A stretch of 55,423 bases of DNA from Octopus sinensis (Eukaryota): assembly GCF_006345805.1 (NCBI RefSeq), contig NW_021833766.1:1-55423 (forward strand), read 5' to 3'. Every line of letters begins with the position of its first letter. Position 1 is the first letter of the stretch. The position numbers and the translations under genes are program-made. The notes beneath the pieces were generated by a model. The model was not told where the DNA came from. It searched no databases and was given only the letters and a program-made list of their open reading frames with translations. Positions 24,600-38,009 of this stretch are shown here, piece by piece.

Positions 24600-24987
24600 T
24601 ACGTGCACAAGCGCACAGATGTATATATATAACCACTTTTGGCATATGAGAAGAGAACGTCTATAAATGTCAATGCGAAGCTTTAACGATACTACATAGC
24701 GTTCCATACACAGCAGACTACATTACATGCAACACCGTATACGTATGCAGTCGTACATACAGGCACAGACAAATATGTATATGTGTGTGTGTGTGTGTGT
24801 TGTGTGTGTGTGTGTGTGTGTGTATGCACGTGTGTGAACGGGTGCATGAATACAAATATTCACATGCATATATATATTACTTAAACGCACGTGTGTGTCT
24901 CTGTGTGTATATATATATATATATAATATATATATATATTATATATATATATATATATACATACATACATACATACATATGCATATT

Positions 24988-25018
<31 letters not shown>

Positions 25019-25907
25019 TATATGTGTGCGAGCCTGCGTGTATTTGTATGTGTGTGTTTGTATGTATGCACGTGTCGCGTGTGTGTATGTGTGTGCACGT
25101 TTTTTCGGAGCCTATGTATATGTGTATGGGTGTATGCTAAGATTTTATTATTTCCGGCTATTGGTAATCGTTATTTATTGCGAAAGGGAAAGAAACCATA
25201 ACATTTTACTAAATTTATAAGAATTCTTGGCCGAATTCTTTATCTTTGTTTCGTGTATTTTTGACTTATTCTATATCTTTTCCATTATCTGCTTGTGTGC
25301 ATGCATACATACATACATACATACATACATACATACATACATACATACATACATACATACATACATACATGCATACATATTAAACATACTCACATATATA
25401 CCTGCATACATACCTTCACACACATATTCTAAGAAACGCATACTCAAATACAAACACATATATATGATGTCATTTGCGTATATGTTTTTCGTTAATATAC
25501 TTCTTATTATTCTTTATATTATCACCCACGATATTATCATTATTATGAATATATATGTATACAAATCTGCATGTTGTTATCGTTGGTTTTGTTGTTTATC
25601 TCGTTATTATTTTTATGAACTGTCTATACCATTTCGCACAAAATTTTGTGGATTTCTAACAAAGTTAGCTATCTTTCTTCTTTATGGAAATAGGTGGGGG
25701 TCGGCTCTTTATTGGTAAAATCAATACAGCATCGGACATAATTACTTGTGGTAAACTTAATTGTGGCTCATTCCTTCTAAGTTCAAAACCCGATGGTGTA
25801 GATTTCGCTTTCTATGCTTTCCATGTTGATAAAATAAAGTACAAGTGAAGTTAGCGATTAACATCTCTCCGCAACATATTTTTGTTTTTGTCTAAAACAG
25901 AAAAGGC

Positions 25908-26130
25908 AAGACGGGCATGGGTTTTACAGAATCGTTAGATCGCTCTAAAAATCGTCTTGAAGTATTTATTCTGGCTCCTTATAGTTTTTACGCCCTTAGT
26001 TCAAATCCCGCCGAGGTCAGCTGTACCTGTTATCATTTCATGAGCAAAGAAGCAAAACGTCAATTAGATACCGAGGTTTATGTAACCAACTATCACTTCA
26101 TTAAATTTGCTGACCTTGTACTTACAGTTG
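25908..26130 (+). mobile_element. SINE family B, strongly decayed
   Basis: agttcaaatcccgccgaggtc and a gaccttgtact tail; another remnant lies at about 25760-25900. Confidence 0.6.
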
Positions 26131-26310
26131 CAAAAAAAAATAATAATGAAGAAAACTATCTTGTGTCATTTGTTACTTTTTCAAATCAAACCTGGCCGCA
26201 TTTATCGTGTAAGAAGAGATGTGATAATCAGCATATACTAGATGTTTGGAGAATAGGATAGCAGAATCGCTAGACAAATTATGTACAGCAATGCTTCGAT
26301 ATACGTGTTA

Positions 26311-26540
26311 ATTTGTTCCCGGTGATAGCTCGTAAAGTGAAAACTCGTAAAACAGAGTGATAATTTTCCATAGCAGCATAGAAATTTTATGCCGTCATTT
26401 TATTTCGTCGTTGCCACACACGCAAGATTTGTTCCCGGTGATAGCTCGTAAAGTGAAAACTCGTAAAACAGAGTGATAATTTTCCATAGCAGCATAGAAA
26501 TTTTATGCCATCATTTTATTTCGTGTTGCCACACACGCAA
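26311..26540. repeat. Near-perfect tandem duplication, 116-bp period
   Basis: atttgttcccggtgatagctcg...ccacacacgcaa at 26311 and again at 26427; differences are one substitution and one 1-nt indel. Confidence 0.95.
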
Positions 26541-26547
26541 AATGGCT

Positions 26548-26843
26548 GTTTTACTCTTTTACTTGTCGGTCATTTGACTGTGGCCATGCTGGAGCACCGC
26601 CTTTAGTCGAGCAAGTCAACCCCAGGACTTATTCTTTGTAAGCCTAGTACTTATTCTTTTGGTCTCTTTTGACGTACTGCTAAGTTACGGGGACGTAAAC
26701 ACACCAGCATCGGTTGTCAAGCGATGTTGGGGGGGGGGACAAACACAAACACACAAACATATACACACACATATATATATACATATCTACGACGGTCTTC
26801 TTTTCAGTTTCCGTCTACCAAATCGACTCATAAGGCTTTGGTT
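26548..26843 (-). mobile_element. SINE family A, 5'-truncated
   Basis: Tail, microsatellite and ttcagtttccgtctaccaaatc segment are present. Confidence 0.88.
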
Positions 26844-26889
26844 GAACACTTTGAAGTTTTTAACGTTATACTATAAGAGGTGAATTATC

Positions 26890-28480
26890 AAAAACTGCAC
26901 CCATAATGTTAAAACATCTTTAAATCATCAAATAATAATGTGATACATTGCGGACTTTTAAGGAAGTTTTAAAGAACAGAAAGCTTAATATACACCTAAG
27001 GCATTAGTAATGAAAGAATAGTATGTATTTGAAAGGAAATCAGGATTATACATGAGATCATTGAAACAGTAGTGCTACATTTTCTTAGCTAAAAGAAAAT
27101 GTATTGGCACCAGATAATTCTTCTTGCGGTAATGAAATCACCGAATACTCACCGAATATAAATTTAGAAGGCATGATAAAATATTAAGCTATTGGAATTG
27201 TCCGTTCCAAGAGGAAATTATTTTGCTAAGAATTTACAGTATATTCTGTTATCAGACGATACAATAGAGGTGGTATTTCTAGGGTTCTACTGTAAAATTT
27301 GACATCCACATTGAATTAATGTGGGTCTAGTTGCTTTGCGTAATGACGTCCGATATCTGATAGATTATAGAAAATTAATGAATTATTTATTCTGCAAAGC
27401 CTTTTCCGTTTTAATAAATGGAAATTCCTTTTAACAATAAATATAAATAAAACTAGAATGAACATCTCAGGACACGCAACAACGGTCCCTATTTAAATGT
27501 TTGGAGCATGTCGATTTTGCGAAAAGGTAAAGGGAATTAATCCTCGTTTTATTTTATATTTTATTTTTCTAAAGGTTGTTGTTTTTTTTTGGGGGTTTTT
27601 GCAGAGAGAAAGCGTAACATTAACATATATACCATTTAAATCAGGTTTAACGTTAAATCGCAAAATTTATAAAATTTGTAAATTTCTGAGTAACTGATTT
27701 TTCAGTAATTTTTGTTCTTCAATCGGATCTGAATATGAACACTCAGTGATCAGATGATTATCTTGCAGGAAAGTTATGCAGTGAGTCATGTCTCAACGAA
27801 ATGAAGTAGAAATATTTTATCTGTAAAAAATCATATTTTAGCTTCCAGATTTTAAGATTCTAACTAGATTATCTTCGATATATTTTTTTCTGAATTGATT
27901 GTCTTAAATATTTCTCTACAAGGCAATCTTGAAAAAAAATTACTGGTTTCATAGGGGAAATAATGCATTTAAGAAAAAACACATACTGTGGAAACGGAAA
28001 GTGGATCAAGAAAAAAAAAAAAACACATCATCTTTTCTAGCATTCAATTTACTGAAGAAAAGATTACGGATAATAATTTTAATGACGTACAAAATATTAT
28101 CTTGAACCATCTGGCAAAATTAATAACAAAACTAAATCCCCATATCCTAAAAGAAGTGCTGTAAAATACATTTGGATGCCACTTCCATTTAGTACTGACA
28201 TTAACGATTTGCATGGGGAAATTGTCAACATTAATAAATTTCAAAAAGTGTTTATTGAATGATGTGACAGTTATAATTTCAATAAAAATGTCGAATATGA
28301 GAACATTGTGTTTGAATGTAAAGAAGGAAAAACCAATTGTTGGAAATGAAACGACGACGGTGCTTCTTTCCTTTGCTACAACATATATGCGAATAGGGGA
28401 TTTCTACCTTACTTAATACAAGAGGGAAGCTAGGAAACAATTTGCAACTGGAATATTCCTTTAAATGAAGCATATCGAAG
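26890..28480 (+). pseudogene. Heavily decayed hAT (Charlie/Buster/ZBED5-like) transposase
   Basis: Collinear motif remnants: LSDDTI (~27250), LFC (~27390), VIR*LSCRKVM (cf. EVRWLSRGKVL, ~27750), LNISLQG (~27905), LLSFATTY/CE*GISTL...K..N.L (cf. TTYLCE.GFS, ~28360-28445). Confidence 0.75.
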
Positions 28481-28989
28481 ATAAAATCTTGACTGGATGA
28501 AGTTTCTAAACTTCTCTGTTATCAGGGTTCTCATTAAATTGCATAAATGAGCATATATTTTCATGGAAGTAAGTGTAGCATTTTGGAACCTTACCATAAA
28601 ATGAAGAAATGGCAGGTTTGCACTCAACGTGTATAAGCAGATTTTCTGTTATGAACCCTACCACTTTATAATTAATATATCTAAATCTTGGTATAAAATA
28701 ATCTTTATAACATATTCTAAACTACCACAGTAGCTTTTCTTTATAAGAAACGATATTTTATTGCAAAAAGCTATTTCATTACGATAGACCAACTTATAGT
28801 TTTACAATACTTGAATAATTATGTTGCGGCTTATCAATAATAGTGATATCTAAAATATATGACTCGAAAAATATATTTAGTAACTTATTATCGTATAATA
28901 AGCTATCGTAAAATAAATTGGTTATAGTCAGCTGTAGATCCCTTCTTAAAGAATAAAATTAATTTTCAGTAATTGGTAGATGTAATAAA

Positions 28990-29190
28990 GCAGCAAACTG
29001 ACAGAATCATTAAGACGCCGGGGAAAATGCTTAGCAGTATTTCGTCCGACTTGACGTTTTTCCAGCGAGGTCGACTACGCCTTTCATCATTTCGGGGTTG
29101 ATAAAATAAGTTCCAGTTGATCACTGGAGCCGACGTGATCGACTTACCCTCTCCCTGAAATTATTGGCCTTGTCCCCAAATTTGAGATCA
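28990..29190 (+). mobile_element. SINE family B, decayed
   Basis: aaatgcttagcagtatttcg...gaggtcgactacgcctttcatcatttcggggttgataaaataag...ggccttgtccc. Confidence 0.8.
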
Positions 29191-30274
29191 CTATGTATTA
29201 GAGGCACGGAGAAAATCCATCTTAATCATCCATCCTTTTCTAGGTTTATGATACTAGATTAGATTTTCTGCTTAATTTCAAATCATTCCTCACCACATTT
29301 ACTATTTTATTGAATATACAAAAACAAAAATCTAAAATGAAGAACATGAGTACAATTGATAAGTGGGGTTGTTTTTATGATTAGAAAATTTTGGCTCGAT
29401 TTTTCAGTCACCAGTTTAAAATCAAACACCTTTCAACTAGTCTAATTAATCATTTGAATTATTCTGAAAAAGTAACTACGATCTAAGCTTTATTTGGGGA
29501 ATGAGAACTTATAATACGCACTTACTGTTGTTGGATGAATTATTTTAAAATGGTTACTAAGACAAATAAAACAATGTTTGGAAACTTCCGGTGAAGTGTG
29601 ATTCCTGAGTTACAAGTGTCTCTGGCATATCACCTACGTCCGTTCCAGTGGTAACTCGTTTAACAATACGTTTAATGTCGTTTTAAGCGATAGGGTTTGA
29701 TCTTAAAAATCGGTCATAGAAACAGATAAAACTCGATGTTCTGTTTGTAGATCTCGGAGAATGATATTTTATTTATTCACATTTTTATATCTGAATTAGC
29801 GAAAACTCTGTCGCTTATTATTAACATTTTAAAAAATCTTATCCGTACACTCTTCATTAAAAGAGTTAAATTTTTTTCAAACTTGATACGTTTCGTCAGG
29901 AGTAATAAATCAACTTCTAACGGTTGCAATAAATTGTAAAGAGTCTGGTATTTACTGTTTAGTCACCATATTTATTTTTCGTGGTATTCTCAGGTGAGTT
30001 TATTTTCTTATTCATATTTTCTTTATTTCAAAGTAAATTTTCTACCTGATACATAACCCTCTTGATAAAACTTTTTCTTTTCTTCCATTTATATTCATCT
30101 ATTTATTTATTTTGCTATAGACACTTTAAATAAACTTTGTTTGAAGATAGTTATGTTTTTCATAGATATGCGAATGTATTGGTCTCGTTGTATTGTTTAA
30201 ATGAGGCATTAAAGTAAGTTCGCTAATTAATACTGCTTATTTTATATATGTATGTATGTCTCTATCTATTTATT

Positions 30275-30315
<41 letters not shown>

Positions 30316-30857
30316 TCCCATTCGTCGGACATATTCTAACATTGATATTCGAATACTATTTTTTCTACATTGTTTTGGCATTTATGTACTTACTCTGCAT
30401 ATGTGTGTGTGTGTGTGTGTTTACACATACACTCGCACACAACAAACTTTGTGGCTAGCAATCAACACGTGAAGCACGTAGTAGATTACGACTCAGCCAA
30501 ATCTTTTAAACACATAAACAAAAATACGCACACACACACACACACACATACACACACGTTTCTATGTATGTATTTATGTACGCACGTATATATAGATATG
30601 TGTATGTATGCTTGTAGGTAAAATCGACAGATGTCCGAAAACTTAGTTTCTGTCAAAGTATCTAGATTAAAATTTGATTAACCGTGTCTAAGACACAGAC
30701 ATCGAACCCAAAACACCAAAACTACAAAATCAAGTCCTTAACCAGTTTCGTGTTTCCATATTTTCTTCATATTCTATTTTTCTCTCTTTCTATAACTACT
30801 CTCATCATTCTTTACCATTCATATTTTTCATATATATATATTTTTTTCATATTATTC

Positions 30858-30892
<35 letters not shown>

Positions 30893-31439
30893 ATACCATC
30901 TTTCTCATTTCTCACTCAGATATGTGTTCCTGCCCATTTTGTACACACATACATATTACTCTTCCAATCAACTCCCACTACCACCAAAACCCCCACCACC
31001 ACCACCGCCAACACTCTAGCAATATATTCAGAATAAGCTATTTCCTCCTGTCTAAAACACCAATACATACATATCAGTGCAAACACATACACACAAAAAT
31101 ACGGGTGCGTGCGCACATGCATACACACACACGCACGCACTCACACAGCGTATGCATATTTACACTGGCAAATAGGCATTTATACACTCACACACATGCA
31201 TACGCACACAGGCGCACTCGGACACCCCCCCTCGCACACACACACACACACAAGCACAAATACTCTAGTGACAGACATTATGTAAATTTAGCAAGAGTCG
31301 AGTGGGTGAGGGATCTTGTACGAAGTACAAGACCCACAAAACAAATTATAATTTGTATACATAGCTTCATGCATATATGTGTGTGAGTATGAGTGCCTGC
31401 GTGAGTATGCAGGCGTATGTGTGCCTAAATATATATGTA

Positions 31440-31483
31440 GAATTACATGTATGCATGTAAGTATATATATATATGTATATATG

Positions 31484-31571
<88 letters not shown>

Positions 31572-31615
31572 TACATATATGTATATAAATGTATGTATAT
31601 ATATGTATGTATGTA

Positions 31616-31687
<72 letters not shown>
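31440..31687. repeat. (TA)n microsatellite
   Basis: Long TA/TATG run; one of dozens in the window. Confidence 0.95.
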
Positions 31688-31688
<1 letters not shown>

Positions 31689-32399
31689 GAACATGCTTAC
31701 ATCTATGTACGTGAGTATTAATTTTCCCGCAACTGTCAAGTGTCGAGACAGACTCAACTATACGACCCAACAGAAGTAGAGTTTATATATATATATTGCA
31801 GATATATATTCCTATATCTGTATGCATGTATGTATATTGCATACAGTGTACATAGATAATTAAGTTTACAACAAGTCGCGAAGATAAATGTGATGCAGGC
31901 TTACATAATTTATATTCTGAAATTCACTGTTTTCTCAGGCACATACATTACATATATACACACACGTCTGCATACACAGAAGCGTGCGCACACGCATACA
32001 CACACACACACACACATTGTCTTTCTGAAACAGAAAGGCAAACGTCTGAGGTGTGTGTGTGGTTGTGGGCGTGTTTGTGTGTCTGTGCGTGTTTGTGTGC
32101 CGTTATGTCACGCGGTCTGAAACCTTTGGAGTAAAGATATATGTAAAACATATAAGTTGTTTGATATGTAAAAGGAAAAATAAACTAGGTTGAGTAGTGT
32201 GGATTCCATTGTTGGTGCCAGAAATGACTGTTGCGTGTGTGCAAGTATAAGAAAGTAACAGCATAGGAATAAAAGGCATTACTTGTCTACTGATAATGAA
32301 AACAAACAGAGCTGGAGTAAAAGAAGAAAAAAAAAATGAAATTGTTACGATTGCGGGAATTTCCGATGAGATTTGTTACTGAAAATAGATGGGTAAATT

Positions 32400-32640
32400 T
32401 GCCTGAAGGGAAAGCACAATATTGGTTTTAAATTTTGGCACAAGTTTATAAGTTTTAAGGAAAGTGTTAGTCGATGACGTCGACCCCAGTTTTTAACTGG
32501 TACTTTTTTTTTTTTCGACTTCGAAAAGATGGAAGGCAATATCGATATCGGTAGAATTTGAATTCCGAAAGTAATGAGTCGGAAGGAATATCGCTAGACA
32601 ATATGTCTGACGGGCAATCTATTCAGACAGCTCGCTGCAG
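32400..32640 (-). mobile_element. SINE family B, decayed
   Basis: gtcgaccccagt...actggtactt...tcgacttcgaaaagatggaaggcaa...gaatttgaa. Confidence 0.7.
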
Positions 32641-33974
32641 CCTTGGGAAATGGAATATTAAAAGAGGTGAATAATAAATACGTAGAGCGATGCTATCTAT
32701 GTCCAAACTTAATTTCTGTTGGCTTTTAATGTAACCTACACTATATCGGCTATACAAAACCAAAAATCAATGTTGAAGCAGATATTCAAGTTAAATTAGA
32801 ATAAACTAGATGAAAGCATCACAAGGAATATCTGATGGGTAAAATTCTAAAAGTAATTGTGAAGAAATACGTGATCATTTAACATACAACTTTTTCCTTA
32901 AATATATAAATGTCCCTGTAAAAAATCGCTGTAGTTCGTTCATCCTTTGACAGGTTTTGTTTTACGTCTTCAGGGAAGTCCAACAAATCAACCTTCGTTA
33001 TTCATCATGGCATGTCAGGTGACTACTTAGTGCTACTGGTAACATGTTGCTCAAATTAACCCACTACATGATCGAGCCGTCGGCGACTAAAATATAAACC
33101 CTATCCCGTTTGTTTGGTAAGGATGGTGGTTCTTGTTGTGTACTCTGCGGCACAAATTAAACAATAAGGGATATAAGTCTTCAGAAAGACTGAAAAGCCA
33201 CATTTGTGCTGCTCATGTTCGAGTGAACAATCATTACTCGAAATCGAGTTGCAGCCACCTTGTATATACGAGTGTATATATGGAGGTATTGTTTTTATTT
33301 GAGCCTCACATTAAGAACTCTTATAATCAAAGAAGATTTAGAACTGTCAATCTAGTCTGTTTCTATATCAGGGTTTATATTGTCCAATCTGATATTTATT
33401 TAAGTCGATGTGTTCTAGTTTACTTCTTTTCTCTAGTCGGTCTACAAACCACATAGACATAGAAACTGTAAATGACATAGATTCTATAAAGAATTACAGA
33501 CTCCGATTGAAAATATGCTCCTGATTACATAGCAATTGTATGTTTTATCGCTCTCATCTGCTAGGGGTCATCTTCAACACATGACTGAAATACGTTCCAC
33601 AACTAAGTATATATTGTAATCGCAACCAGAATTCAGAAACTTCACAAACTGGAGCAAATTTACTCGTTAAGAGATAGATTTCACCCACTAAGTTAAATCT
33701 ACTTATTCGGATTTTTATTTTTTCAGAAAATTGAAATTGAGAAAATTTGAATTTGGGTAATTTTATGAGAAAATAATTTCTGATTATTCACCTATAAATT
33801 TAAAGATTTCTATAGTGTACTTTTCAATTACTGTGTTAAAAATGGAATTATCTAATTCAGAAGAGTGTTTGGATCTGGAATCTGTTCATCATTTCTTCAT
33901 AAATGAGTGAAATAATGTTGTTATGAGTTATTTGTTTTGTTTTGTATTTTCTTGTTTTTGCACTTATATATAAA

Positions 33975-34170
33975 TGTTGCTTACAAAGGCGCAATGCCTA
34001 AAATCTCGATGGGAGTTGACCGACTGTTGGTATTGACCACAGCACTTGACAAGTAGCTTATCAACCTCAGAGGAGTAGATACCGAAGATGACATCGACAA
34101 GATTTGAACCAAGAGCATAAAGAAGCGGGAAAAATACCGACAACACTCTAAAGACTCTGCCACTCCAGTA
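33975..34170 (-). mobile_element. SINE family B, strongly decayed
   Basis: ttatcaacctcagagga...gatttgaacc in the expected order. Confidence 0.55.
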
Positions 34171-34584
34171 CCCTTTCTTTAAACTTAAAATAATTAGGTT
34201 ACACAACAGTAATCTTAAATTTCCTCATTGCCAGTTGCTTTATTTTAGTAAAAGTTTAAACCCTTATTACTGAGTGGTTGTGGTTTACAGTGAGCATAAA
34301 TTTAAAGCCACAATCATGCCTGGAGATAAATGGATCGAAATTTGTCGGGAACGGGGTATTGTAGACATTTTCGCTGCTGTTGTTATCTTTGTTACTTTCC
34401 CTTAAGTCTGTATTCTCTATTATCACTAATTGATTAGAACTCAAATCAAAGGTGTTCCAGCCGTGACCATTACGTTTCTTTCTTGTAAGAGAGGTGGTTA
34501 TAATACGAGACAAATTTCACTACTATCACAAGTAGGTTGGGCACGCTGGTAAAGACAACCTCATTAGTATACGCTGTTTAGCTA

Positions 34585-35175
34585 TGTGGTGACGGTAGTG
34601 GTGGTGCTAGAGGTGGTGATGAGTAATGGTCTTGGAGGCGGCAGAGGTGGTGGTGGTGGTGGAGATGGTGATAGTTTTGATATTGCTATTGCTGTAGTAG
34701 CTGTTGATGGTGATGATGACAGCAGTGGTGTAACGGTAAACATGGTGGTTGTATTGGAATTGGTGGTAGTTCTGTTGATGGTGTTGATAGAAATTGTAGT
34801 AGATGTTGATGCTAGTGGTAGTGGTGGTGGTGGTGGTGGTGATGGTGGTGGTGGTGGTAGGAGTGGAGGTGGCAATGGAGGCAGTTGCAGTGGAAGTGGG
34901 GGCGACGGCGGTGGTGGCGGTTTAAGCTTTATCTTCGTATAGGAGGTAGTGATGGCGTATATGCAAGTGGTAATGGCGCAGGTTTCGATGTAAATGATGC
35001 TGGTGTTGATGCTCTTGGTGGCATTGGAAATGGTACTAATGGCCTAGGTGATGTGGACGTTCGTGGTAGCTATGGCGATGGTGTGGAGGAGTTGGAATAG
35101 TGGTCGTGGTATTTGTGATGATGGCCATAGTGGTGTTGGTGGTGGTGGTGGTGGTGGTAGCGGTGGTGGTTGTGA
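34585..35175. repeat. Degenerate (GGT)n low-complexity tract
   Basis: Triplet-derived; gives spurious Gly/Val- and Pro/Thr-rich ORFs. Confidence 0.85.
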
Positions 35176-35283
35176 TTTGTATCACATTTCCCTATACAAT
35201 TAATCATCGTGGCTATTATTGTAACTATTTTAATATTAATTATTCTGTCCACGACCAAACAGTTAACCACACATACATGCGCG

Positions 35284-35314
<31 letters not shown>

Positions 35315-36704
35315 GCACACACACACACACAAAGTTTCTCTCACATACACATACACGCATGCACACGGAAAAGTTAAGAAATGCATACGTACATACATAT
35401 ATACATAAATTTACGTATGTATATATATATATGTGTGCGTGTGTGTGTGCGCGTGTGTGTGTGTATGTGTGTGTGCATATATATATATATATATGTATAT
35501 ATATACGTAAGTATATTTATATTTATGAATATATATATATACATGTAAATATAAACATATATATATACATACCGATATATATACATACCTATATGTATAT
35601 GTATACATATACATATCTATGTATGCATGTATGTATATATACATTCACCCACACACTGGTATTACATTGACATGTACACGTTAAAATTGAATGCACTATA
35701 GAACAGGTAGATTAGAATATCTTAAAGACTTGCGCGCCAGCAGGGGTGGCTGTAATTTAGGGGTCAGATTTAAAAAGGACCCAGGGGTTAGTTGACATGT
35801 AATGACACTGAAAATAATAGGTGAAAACTTTATTGCCCCGGTCTTTTAACAAACCAGTTGCCTTCAGACTTGTTCCTATTTTATGATTCTATACGCACAT
35901 ATAACACACACACACACACACACAGATAGACACACATGTAGACGCACACACACACACATTTATATGTATAATATTTATGTGACTGTGTATATATGCTTGT
36001 ATGTATGTCTATGTGTATGTGTGAGTGTTTGTGGAGTGTGTGTTTATTCCTCACTTCTAACAAACAAGAGAAAAAGTATTTAAAATAGAGAGTAGAGGAT
36101 AGTTAAATTAAATCAATTCGGCTGAAGTTGTATGGTTTTACTTAAGTTTCTGCTTCCAAGTTGCTTAATACAGCAGCGTAAGTTATTATAAGGCAATGTT
36201 CCCTTGGACGAAGGAGCATTTTATTACAACACAACATGATGTTGTCTCAAGGCGCAGTGGAACCCAAACCTTAAGTAACACCATACAGCTTCAGTCGGTG
36301 GAGGGGGGGGGAGACGGACAGCCGGATAGTTAGCTAGATAGATAGATTTGATGAAAAGGGGATTCATGAAAGATCTGTACATGCCAAAGTGAAAGACAAC
36401 AGAATTAATGGGTGGAGAGAATTACTCAAGTCAGACAGTTCCATTTCCTAACATAGAATACATCGATTAAGTGACGTACTCTATTGTTTGGCAATCTTAA
36501 ACTTCAATAGTATTCAAAGATTAATAGAACCATGAGTGTGGTACAGAATGCATCGATTAAGTTACGTACAATCTGAAACGACAATAGTATTCAAAAATTT
36601 GACAATCTGAAACTTTAATATTATTCAAAACTTCACAGAACCTTAAGTGTGGTACTGTTACAATCGTTTCATTAAGGATCTTTATTGTGATATAAACAAG
36701 GTAT

Positions 36705-36969
36705 ACTCAGGGGCGCCGTATGCACAGCCTCGATGGGAATAGGTAATACGTTATGCGGTTCTCAGTTCCTCAGGCTGACCAAATATACAAGCGAGGTTGC
36801 TACATACTTCACTGTATGATGTTTACATGCGAGCAGTGAGATGTTGACATGCAATACATCATATCCAGCATGTCAATGCTCACTTGTATATTTGGCAAGC
36901 CAGAAGAGCTGAGGCGTGTGTAACGTATTACATATTATTATGAATATTGTGCATACCACCTACCTGAGT
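36705..36969. repeat. Long imperfect palindrome (fold-back/MITE-like)
   Basis: Nested complementary blocks: actcagg/cctgagt, gtatgcaca/tgtgcatac, gtaatacgtta/taacgtattac, ctcag/ctgag, ccaaatatacaag/cttgtatatttgg. Confidence 0.8.
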
Positions 36970-37269
36970 GTGTGATATTTACGTCACAATAAAGACTTTT
37001 AATGAAACGATTGTAGTAGTACCAGATAACCCACTAGTGTGTGTGTGTGTGTGTGTGTTTCTGTGTGTGTATGTGTGTGTGTGTGTGTGTGTGTGTTTCT
37101 GTGTGTGTGTGTGTGTGTGTGTGTCTGTGTGTGTGTATGTGTTTCTGTGTGTGTAACGATGGATAGCAATGAAGGGTTTTTCAAGAGCACTAATAATAAC
37201 TACAGAAACAATAAAGGAAATATTAGAAATAGAAGAAAGAGTCGTTGCGACTGCTTAGTAAACTGTCGT

Positions 37270-37670
37270 AAGGAATTGTAGTTGTAAGGAAAAGAATGCA
37301 TTTCCGCTGGGAAATGAAAGCCTTCCTAAGAACGTAATATAGAAACGTATAGTTGGGGTGCCAGCAGGTGCATTTGTATATACATGTGTGACAACTGATT
37401 GCTTCAAACGTCGATATCGGGAGCACACTGCTCTGGAAACTAAAGGAAAGAAAGTTGCAATACAACATGAATTTCAGGACAATATGTGCTTAAGATTTTG
37501 CAATCTTTTTCCTCAGGAAGAGCTATGTAGTTTAATGTGTACAGATATACTTGTGAATAGGTACTCCGAAACAGTTAATATAAGCAACCACAAGCTAAAA
37601 GGCTCATTGTCACTCTTTTGTAAAAATCATTAATAGTTGAAACTCTGATGATTCAATTTGCATGAATTCT
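37270..37670 (+). pseudogene. Decayed Penelope-like element GIY-YIG endonuclease C-terminus plus hammerhead remnant
   Basis: One frame reads NCSCKEKNAFPLGNESLPKNVI*K..V...VYTCVTTDCFKRRYREH...CNLFPQEEL...LVNRYSE....NHK, paralleling the PLE pattern CNC...CPL.G.CL...VIY...YIG.T...FK.RY..H...CNLC..EK...LLN.RSE...CRH. CTGATGA follows at 37645-37651. Confidence 0.72.
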
Positions 37671-37969
37671 TCTTTATCATTTTATAAGTATTGATCTCAT
37701 GTTTTTAAAAATAATTAAATGTATGTAAGAAGATCATATGCGTTTGTGTATATATATGTATATATCAAACCACATACACTACCTTGCATATGACTTCGAT
37801 ATAGCCTAAGAATATTTGTTAGTGTATATTTTTGCCCATATATAAATAGATATTTTTGAGTATGTTCTATTTTACTCATGTTTGTATATAATATTTTATT
37901 CTATTAAACGTTATCTTGTTATCTACTCCTGCTTTTTTCTTTTTACACAAGCAAAATATATGTAAGTAG

Positions 37970-38009
<40 letters not shown>

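Noticed and set aside
26311-26540. CRISPR-like repeat array (also 36450-36656)
   Set aside because: Contiguous duplications with no repeat-spacer architecture and no cas genes; eukaryotic context.
34582-35100. Gly-rich and Pro/Thr-rich ORFs resembling structural proteins
   Set aside because: Decayed (GGT)n tract with stops and frame changes and no clear splice boundaries.
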